Notes under the pieces: generated by a model
Seen by the model: the letters and a program-made list of their open reading frames with translations, nothing else
The model's database searches: none
Told to the model about the DNA's origin: nothing
Assembly (NCBI GenBank): GCA_951406725.2
Contig: OX597821.1
Location: forward strand, 13,268,001-13,332,000
Source: Octopus vulgaris
Lineage: Eukaryota
Direction: 5' to 3'
Length of the DNA stretch: 64,000 nt
Translations under genes and position numbers: made by a program
Shown here: positions 55,289 to 64,000 of the stretch, piece by piece
Numbering within the stretch: the stretch's first letter is position 1
Layout: every line of letters starts with the position of its first letter

Positions 55289-57355
55289 CATTGGACAACA
55301 AAGATTTTGCTACTGGGTTAAAAGCATATGTTTTAGACTAAATCGAGGATGCTAATTCCGAATCCGCACTCAGAATTGTTCTAGCACGTCAGAATTTTGA
55401 GTTATGCTCATGCGCAAGATTATAACTATACTTACGGCTAGATATAGGTCGTATCATTAATTTTTCTACAATGAAAGCGGTCTTAATTCAGAATTAAAGA
55501 AATAACACCAATAAAACAAACGATGAGAATGTTCATTATTTCGCTTAGCAATAGATGGCGCTTAGCAATAGATGTATTGTGTGCAATGCCAAATACGTCA
55601 GTTTGTTCTAGGTAACCCTCAGTGTCGTTTGCGCTGCCGTCACGTGTGGTATGTGTATCTCTCGCTCTGCGTGATTACAGCTTTATCTGTGTTCATTGTG
55701 TTAGATCATGAATAGGTGGTGGAAGCACTCCGTCGGTTACGATGACGAGGGTTCCGCTTGATCCGAATCAACGGAACAGCCTGCTCGTGAAATTAACGTG
55801 TAAGTGGCTGAGCACTCCACAGCCACGTGCACCCTTAACGTAGTTCTCGGGGATATTCAGCGTGACACAGAGAGTGACAAGGCTGGCCCTTTGAAATACA
55901 GGTACAACAGAAACAGGAAGTAAGAGTGAGAGAAAGTTGTGGTGAAAGAGTACAACAGGGATCACTACCGGAGCCTCGTGGAGCTTTTAAGTGTTTTCGC
56001 TCAATAAACACTCACAACGCCCGGTCTGGGAATCGAAACCGCGATCCTATGACCGCGAGTCCGCTACCCTAACCACTGGGCCATTGCGCCTCCACATCAT
56101 GAATAGGAGAGGCTGTCTGAATCACCCAAACATCTTTTGTTATGTCTGGAAAATTTGCTCCGCGTGACCAGGAGAAGAACATCGCCACCAAACTAAAAGC
56201 TGCCTGTAAATATTATTTCGGGTGTAAAGTTGGGGTCAAGACAAGAGGTGGTCACCTCATATATGCTGCACCGTGTGTTATCCAGGGCTTACACAGTGGC
56301 TGAATGGATAACGGAAGGGAATGCCTTTCGCTGAACCAATGGTATGACGTGAATCAACCAATCATGTCTCTGATTGTTACTTTTCCATGACTAATATTAG
56401 TGGTTCGAGAACCCTGTCCCAGTTCCCCCCTCATATGCTTCACTTGAAAATTTTGATACGTCGCATGATGGCACTCCTATTGACGAAGAGTTGATTCTAA
56501 GAAAAATGAGCCAGGCTAGTTTAATCAAGAAGATTTGAACGATTTAGCAAGAGATCTAGCATTGTCAAAGGAGAGAGTAGAAGTTTTGAGATCCAAACTA
56601 CAACAACGGAATCTCCAACAGCAAGGTACGAAAATTTCCATTTTCCGTTATTGCCATAAAGGTAAATCTCCCTTTTTCAAGCAAGAAAATAATGCTTGTT
56701 TTGTACTGACATAAATGCATTCATGCAAAAACTAGGACACATGAATGTGGCTAACGAATGGTGATTGTTTATAAACTCGAGTAATGTTAACCTCAAAATT
56801 GTGTTGTTACATAATAGTAATGAAAAACCTTCCGTTCCTGTGGGTCATGTTGTCGGTGTGGAAGAAACTTATGAATCGATGGAATTCATTCTGAAAGGAG
56901 TTAATTACTCGGTTGATAAGTGGAATATTTATGGTGATTTAAAGGTGATTTCCCTCCTCCTGGGACTGTAGCTGGAATACGCCAAACATTTGCGCTTCTT
57001 GTTTATTTGGAACAGCTGCGATGACAGCAATCGTTGCACTGTAAAAGACTGGCCTAAAAGAGATGAGTGCATAGCTGGTAGGTACAATGTGCAGCATTTG
57101 CCACTAATTGAGCCGCAAAAGATCTTCCTTCTCGCCCTTCACATCAAACTCGGCCCCTTGAAAAACTTGGTAAAGCAATGACACACGATGATTGTAGCTT
57201 CTAGTACCTAAAATTGAAATTTGGGGCAGAGAAAAAAGTAACGCAGAACTGAAAACAAGAATTTTCATTGGACCCGACATCAGAGAAATGATATCTGATA
57301 GCAAATTCAGAGATAAACTGAAACCAGTTGAGCTGACGGTATGGGATTCATTCGT
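55289..57355 (+). mobile_element. Chapaev3-like (CMC superfamily) DNA transposon, degraded and 3'-truncated
   Basis: 5' end cattggacaac. Transposase remnants: MNRRGCLNHPNIFCYV, YFGCKVG, PHICCTVC, MPFAEPMV, LFINSS..LKIVLLHN, GDLKVISLLLGL and LHIKLG..KNLVK. Family assignment is from recalled motif similarity. Confidence 0.75.
55717..56095 (-). mobile_element. SINE family C inserted in the Chapaev-like element, 12-bp TSD
   Basis: TSD atcatgaatagg at 55705-55716 and 56096-56107. Confidence 0.92.
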
Positions 57356-57565
57356 AATGAGAAATGACGTACATTGCCGAAAGATACAAAGCACTGCTCT
57401 CTCAATGAATCAAACATCACAGACATTTGACAGAGCGTATAACAGCCTAAGCACTAGGCCACAGGCCTTCACAGCTTATACACACTCACGCGCACGTACA
57501 TCAAGAATGTAACTACTCACGTGCTGTTGGTAATCTTTTCTCTTTTCTGAACTTTTCCCTTTTTC

Positions 57566-57602
57566 CTTTCCGATGATGAGCTATGTTCGAAACGTCAAAA
57601 GC
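57566..57602 (+). ncRNA. Minimal hammerhead-like motif (U4C variant)
   Basis: CTTT-CCGATGA-T-GAGC(TAT)GTTC-GAAAC-GTC-AAAAG. Confidence 0.5.
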
Positions 57603-57685
57603 TGTCTCTTTTTACCGAGCGTCAAAATAAATACATTCCATGTGCAGGCTCTCTTGTTTGTTATTGTTATTCTTAAAGTTCGTTT

Positions 57686-57895
57686 AACTCTTTTACTTGT
57701 TTCAGTCATTTGACTGCGGCCATGCTGGAGTACCACCTTTAGTCGAGCAAATCGACCGCAGGACTTATTCTTTGGAAGCCTAGTACTTATTCTATCGGTC
57801 ACTTATTCTATCGGGGACGTAAACATACCACCATCGGTTGTCAAGCGATGTTGGAGGGACAAACACAGACACACAAACATATACACATACTTACA

Positions 57896-57949
<54 letters not shown>

Positions 57950-58084
57950 TACGATGGGCTTTTTTCAAATTCCGTCTATCAGATCCACTCACAAGATTTT
58001 GGTTGGCCCGAGGCTATAGCAGAAGACACTTGCCGAAGGTGCCACGCAGTGGGAATGAACCCAGAACCATGTGGTTGGTAAGCA
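57686..58084 (-). mobile_element. SINE family A, head truncated
   Basis: Reverse match to tail and core. Confidence 0.85.
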
Positions 58085-58167
58085 TCCCGAGTTTATTCGA
58101 TTTTACTATATATGCGCGTGCGCGTGTGTGCGTGCGTGTGTGTGAGTATGCGTGTGTGAATGCCACT

Positions 58168-58458
58168 TCATCGGTTACGACGATGGGGGTTTCACTTGAT
58201 CCAATCAACTGAACAGCCTACTTGTGAAATTAATGTAGAAGTGGATGAGCACTCCGTAGACACGCTTACTTTTACCATAGTTCACCGTGACAAGGCTGGC
58301 CTTTTTAAAACGCAAGTATATCTCATTTTTGCCAGCTGAGCAGACTAGAGCAACGTGAAATAAAGTGTCTTGCTCAAGGATATAACGCGCGGCCGTGAAT
58401 CGAATTCACGATTTTACGATTGAGAGTCGATTCCCCTAACCACTAAGCCACGCGCCTT
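58168..58458 (-). mobile_element. SINE family E (tRNA head, shares 3' tail with family C)
   Basis: Minus head ggcgcgtggcttagtggttag...gaattcgattc, core gagcaagacactttatttcacgttgct, tail cgtcgtaaccga. Confidence 0.7.
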
Positions 58459-58571
58459 CACACACACATATACATACATACATACATAAATACATACATA
58501 CATACATACATACATACATACATACATACATACATACATACATACATACATACATACATACATACATTGAT

Positions 58572-58808
58572 GTTTGTTCCTTCTGGAACCACGCCTGGCT
58601 CATAGAGCCGGTTTCCCGGTTTCCTTGGCATATAGTTTCCCCACCTGGACGGGACGCCGGTCCGTCGGAGGTGAGTTGCAAGATGCAGGAGGAAAGTTGA
58701 GAGAAAGTTGTGGCGAAAGAGCCAGCAGAAGTTCACCATTACCTTCTGCCGGAGCCGCGTGGAGCTTAGGTATTTCTCTCATAAACACACATATCGCCCG
58801 GTCTCCAC
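58572..58808 (-). mobile_element. SINE family D, 3' part
   Basis: Homologous to 25050-25290, plus tail gaaaccgggaaaccggc. Confidence 0.75.
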
Positions 58809-59279
58809 ACGTACATACATACATACATACATACATACATACATACATACATACATACATACATACATACATACATACATACATACATACATACATACAT
58901 ACATACATACTGTCCAGCAGACCCAAAAACTCTATTTTCTTCTTCCTTCTCCCTTCCCCTCTTTTTCTTTAGCACTCATCCCAAAATACAAAAACACACA
59001 CACACACACGCACACACACATACACATATGTTCTCTCTCTCACTTTCTCCTCATCCATCACCCTCTTGTACTGTCTTATATTCCTCCCCGCCACTACAAA
59101 CTCAATACCCCTATAAAATGGTCAAAACCCCTCACACAGGAACTTAGTTTGATTTGAAAACCCCACTAGAATGGGAGAAAGCGCTAATACATGATCTAAG
59201 TTATATATATATAAAATGTAATATACAAATAAATATCTGTAAATATATAAACCATCCGATTTTCTGAGTACCTCATTTC

Positions 59280-59343
<64 letters not shown>

Positions 59344-59782
59344 TATGTATATAAGCGGGAAAACAAAAAATGGAGAGAAAGGAAACCTATGGCAATGTTG
59401 ATACATACTTCAAATATATATCACTACACACGTTTGGTATGCTGTTGGGTCGTATTGGTATCAACCCATCTTTGTATTTAACTACCGCATAGAAGCAATA
59501 CTTTTGCAGCATTAACGTTGAACAACTTCAGTTCTACATCAATTAAACATTGTGTGGTGACTATATTTGAGACAATAAATGTCCTCTCTACGAACATAGC
59601 TTTTGGTTCTCCCATCTTAAATTATTTCTGAATCCAATCAAATAAATATCGTTGCTATATCAGTAATATCGCATGAAAGGAAGCACCATTTTTTTTTCAA
59701 TCATCTGTTCATGTAACGATTGATTTTAGATTTTCAGTTTCTCCTAATCCTGTGTATCCTGACTACAATTGTTAGAAATTCA

Positions 59783-60350
59783 CAGCTGATAATGACTCCT
59801 GTTAGTGAGAACTGATAATGAAGGCTGATAATGAGAGCAGTTGGTGATAGCTGATAATAAACAGTTGAGAAGTAATGGTTATAGAGACAACTGATAAATG
59901 AAGTCGCTTAGTGAGGGATAATGAAGGCTGATAATGATAGGATATAGCGACTGCTCATAGTGAAAGCTGACAGGGACAACTGCTGAAACTAACAGCTGAT
60001 AGTGAAGGGTGATAGTGTTTGTTGATTGTGAAGTGTGATAATGAAGGCTGATAGTGATGATTGACGGTGACACGAGATAGTAAAATCTGATAGTGAAGGA
60101 TAGGATAGTGACAGCGAATAGTAAAGGTTTATAGTGAAGACTGATAATGAAGGTTGATGACGAAGATTGATAGTGATTACTGATGATGAAGGTTGATAAC
60201 ACCGAATGATAATCACAGCTGATAGTAAAAGCAATAGTGACAGGTGATGGTGGAGGCAGATTGTATATGATAATATTGACAGATGTTAACGACAGCTGAT
60301 AATGAAGGTTGATAGTTAAGGATGATGGTGACAGCTTACAGTGAAGAGCG
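59783..60350. repeat. Degenerate minisatellite-like array of (G)CTGATA(A/G)TGAAGG units
   Basis: The motif recurs many times with irregular spacing. Confidence 0.7.
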
Positions 60351-60599
60351 TTATCCAGCATTAAATTGCATGTTGTTTTATTCCGCCCAGGCGTATATCA
60401 CTCCGAGGTCGTTCTACTTGTCTTTGTACACTATTGAGGCTCTTGCTTGACTTAAATATCTTCAAAAGCTCGGTATGACTTATGAGAGTAGAGCTATTTG
60501 CTTGTCTGTTGATATGTCTAAAAGTGGGCCACAACAAGTAATATTAGTTCAATACAGTTCCTTGAAGGACTCATTTGGAATAATCAGTTCTTTCAGAAA

Positions 60600-63470
60600 T
60601 TTGTTTCTTTAAATGTTATGCAGTCACTCTCCTAGTTTTCCTGCAATCACAGAATTTTTTCAAATACCGTTTCTGCGATCACAAAATTTTCCAAATCCAC
60701 TATGACGAAGGTAATTGCAAATTAGCGATTTTCTGTATCTACAATAGTCGAACACCTGTTCAAATGCCCACTTGTAACACTGCAGTAGCTGTATGTAGTA
60801 GATTCAGTCTAAACAAAACAAAAGATGTCATTATTTTTATGAACATGACGATTTAACCATCCAATAATTCGTTCCACGACCTTGCTGGATTGTGAAGATA
60901 GGAGTGAGCCTAGAAGTTCAATGTCTTCTTTTTTTCATCCTTTATAAACAGAACATGTACTGTCTTTCAACTTCTTAAAAGAGCTTACCATTTGCAATGA
61001 AGATTTTTGAAAGATGTTCTAAATGGTTCTGCTTTACTGTAGCCCTTTTTTTTTTTTTCAAGAGAATTAACGAGAACCCATTATGGTTTGCCGATGAATC
61101 GAAACTCATTTCAGTTTTGACAGATATTAAACATGCCACATTGAGATTGAAGAATTGATTCTATTACTTCGGTGTACAGAATTGTAGAGTTAAAGAACAT
61201 TCATGGTTTCCTTATGTTCCATCGCGCAGCGGTGTAAACACCTCTGAATTGTTCACTCAGAATTTTCCAAGCCTTTTGGTGTTTGCAGTCCATGGATTAT
61301 TTCCTTGGAACATTGGCTTTATTTGCATATACAGTAAAGCTAATTCCTCTGCGATTTTATAAAAAAAAAAAAAAAAAGCTTCAGGCTTCGCTTTTAAGTT
61401 TTGAACATCACTTACTTCTCTTTTTATGTCTCTCATTTTCATGGAGATGTTTTGCTCCTGAGAGATTTCATTTTTAAGAGTGCTTTTTTGCTGCTATAAT
61501 TTCATTTAAACAGCTTGAGATCTTTATTCTTAGATGCATTTGTATTTTTTGCCCCTAGGAATTATATATTTGGGAATATTAGATTTTCGTTCTGAGAGAA
61601 ATTTGAGGCACATGGCTTGCATTAACATTAAACAATCGCTTCGGCTTAACGCACTTGCCATGCATAGTGTCAGCCCTGTTTGAAATTGTAATTTTTATTA
61701 TATTTCCAGTGAATCGTATAAAATCCCACTTTGGATAAAGTTTCAGAACACCTTTTAAGATCTATGTCTACTGTTACTTTTGAAAGATAAATAGTCTTTT
61801 GTGGTCAAAGAATATTCGTATCATCTTCACATAGTAGGATAATTCAATGTAATTTTGAAAGCTGAGATCTAGAGTAATGTTTCCCCACTTTGGATTAAAT
61901 ATTTCTTGTGTAAACATTATGTTCGTGATGCCAAGTAGAGATTTTGCTTCTTTTCACCCGATCAGTGATATTTTTAAGAGAGGATGATCGTCAGAACATT
62001 TGGCGTTCCGAAAGGTAATGTTACTCAAGAGAAAATACTCTGGTATATCATCCCAGATTGGCTCATAACACTTCTATATTTCTGAAGCTCTCTTCAAATT
62101 AACTATTGGGTCTGTCAAGATCTGAAACATACAGTGGACGATATGTTACACAAGTAGGTATATCTGTTTATGACGTACTTAACTCGTCACTCGGTTTAAC
62201 ACCACCGCCTGTTCCTTGTGTGTCTTTAGCGTAGCCCATTCAGTTACAAGCATTCGGACCGGGTCTCCGATTTGAGAACATATTTCTTCCTTTCTTAATT
62301 CTTAATTCACTGAAACCTGTAAAATATTATAGATAGAAACCGTCCTTCAACCTTGAGTAAGCAATAAAAAATCCTGTGTTATGTCGCATGTAAGTTTGAG
62401 CTTGACAAAAGAACCAGGAGTAAGGTTTCTTAATGAATGTAAGAATATCCATTTCCCCTTCACTTGTTTCTTCTTTGTCAGCTCGAGTGACGAAGTACTT
62501 TAGCCGCTGTTGTGTTTGTTACTAGATTGCAGCATATTTCTCAGGTAAGCAATTTGACTTCCCTTCTTACACAACAAACATCTAACATCTATAAATATGG
62601 TTGATATTAGATTAGAGCGGCTGCCAGTAGTGGCCTTGTGTATTAGTATGCTTAACTTTGAGTCTCTTACCGCTGCAGCCAACTTAACTGCTCTGCTATT
62701 TTCTGCGTCATGTTTAAAAGATAATGGGATGCCACAGTTTATAATTTATCTGCATATTGCCTTTTAAGTAGGGATGAGATCCACACAATATACATTGCGT
62801 CACTTTCAGATAAAGGTGGGTGCATCTAGTTTTCAAGTTTTCTATCTTTACTGATGAGGTCCTGTTCAGCATAGGATTTCTAGCATAGGCCTCTTCTGCA
62901 TCTCCACGGAGATTGCCTTATTTAATATAAATCAAATTGAACTTGAAACTAGCATGGCAGTAGTTTGTTCTGCTTCCTTCTTCCAGAAGTAACCCCTTTT
63001 GTTTTAAATTCAATCCACGGGTTATCACAGCTCTCTTTTATTTATGCTAGAATTTTTTGTCCTAGTCATTTTGGTTTCACGCTTCTTAAAATTCCTAATG
63101 GCTCACCTTTCTTTGTCATCAGTAATAATTCAGTTTTATTCTTCTGTTCTTCCATTTCATTTGAAACCTTTACTGGCGTTCGGTATTGGCAGAGTTATTT
63201 TGCGGGAGGTAAAGGATATCTCAGATATACATGACATTCTTGACCCTTCTGTATTTCTATGGAACCTGTGAGATTTTTATTAATGATTTTGTCTTCGTCT
63301 TTGTCTGTGTTTTCACCATTTTCACCTTCCATAATGTTCTGTAATAAATTCAAATACGGTTTGGCGACAGCATGAAAACGATAGAGTAAATTTCTTCTTT
63401 CTTCTATCTTCTTCTGTCGAGTTACTGATTTCATAGTTTTCCAAGGCGTCTACAATTAAATTATTATCCA
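60600..63470 (-). mobile_element. Highly degraded CR1-group LINE (ORF1-like region, APE endonuclease, start of RT)
   Basis: Minus remnants FTQEIFNPKWGNITLDLSFQN...FDH (cf. PTRG.N.LDL.FTN..SDH) near 61.8-61.9 kb and SLLSSQSSKVVERII near 60.9 kb; many stops; boundaries approximate. Confidence 0.5.
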
Positions 63471-63541
63471 GACATTGTTTGGCCATAATTTATACAGTGA
63501 GGAAAAAAAGACAAATTTCTTTCACTTCCTCATTTCGCCAT

Positions 63542-63775
63542 TTTGTTGTTGCTGTTGGTGCTGATGCTGCAGCTGTTGTTGTTGTTGTTGTTGTTGTTGT
63601 TGCTACTGCTGCTACTGTTATCATCATCTTCATTATCGTCATCATCATCATCGTCATCATCATCATGGTCGTCATTGTCATCGTCAACATCATCATCATC
63701 GACCTCATCACTATCGACATCATCATCATCATCATCATCATCATCAACGACATCATCATCATCATCATCAACGAT

Positions 63776-63809
<34 letters not shown>

Positions 63810-63834
63810 ACGATATCATCATCATCATCAATGA

Positions 63835-63866
<32 letters not shown>

Positions 63867-63882
63867 ACGACATCATCATCAT
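63542..63882. repeat. (TGT)n/(CAT)n trinucleotide repeats
   Basis: Directly visible. Confidence 0.95.
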
Positions 63883-64000
63883 AACAGGTTTGTCTCCCTT
63901 ACTTTTGTATGAGTCTCTATTGTACCACCTGATGCATCTCCATGTTCCTGATGTGTGCACGGCATTGTGTCCTTATTTATGTGGGAATTCGAGGAGTGTA

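Overview
This is AT-rich, microsatellite-dense eukaryotic DNA, probably intronic or intergenic. The SINE families and repeat landscape point to an octopod cephalopod (Octopus-like); that is my recognition, not a database result. I found no intact host protein-coding gene, and almost all ORFs in the track are microsatellite or SINE artefacts. The window is a transposon mosaic. Retroelements: a near-full-length but frameshifted R4/Dong-type RLE retrotransposon in TAA repeats (29284-33421, minus), further Dong fragments and 3' tails, a ~555-bp non-coding TAA-associated repeat, Penelope-like elements (PLEs) with minimal hammerhead ribozyme motifs, a Tx1/L1-like element carrying an RTE-clade RT segment, CR1-group fragments, a HERO-like RLE 3' end and five tRNA-derived SINE families. 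DNA transposons: mariner, Tc1-like and Chapaev3-like remnants and two non-autonomous Helitrons. There is also a 1.8-kb (ATT)n array. The most unusual observation is a hammerhead-like motif in the HERO-like 3' UTR (50607-50657, minus): the core nucleotides and stems I and III are present, but the three strands lie in a non-canonical, pseudoknotted order.
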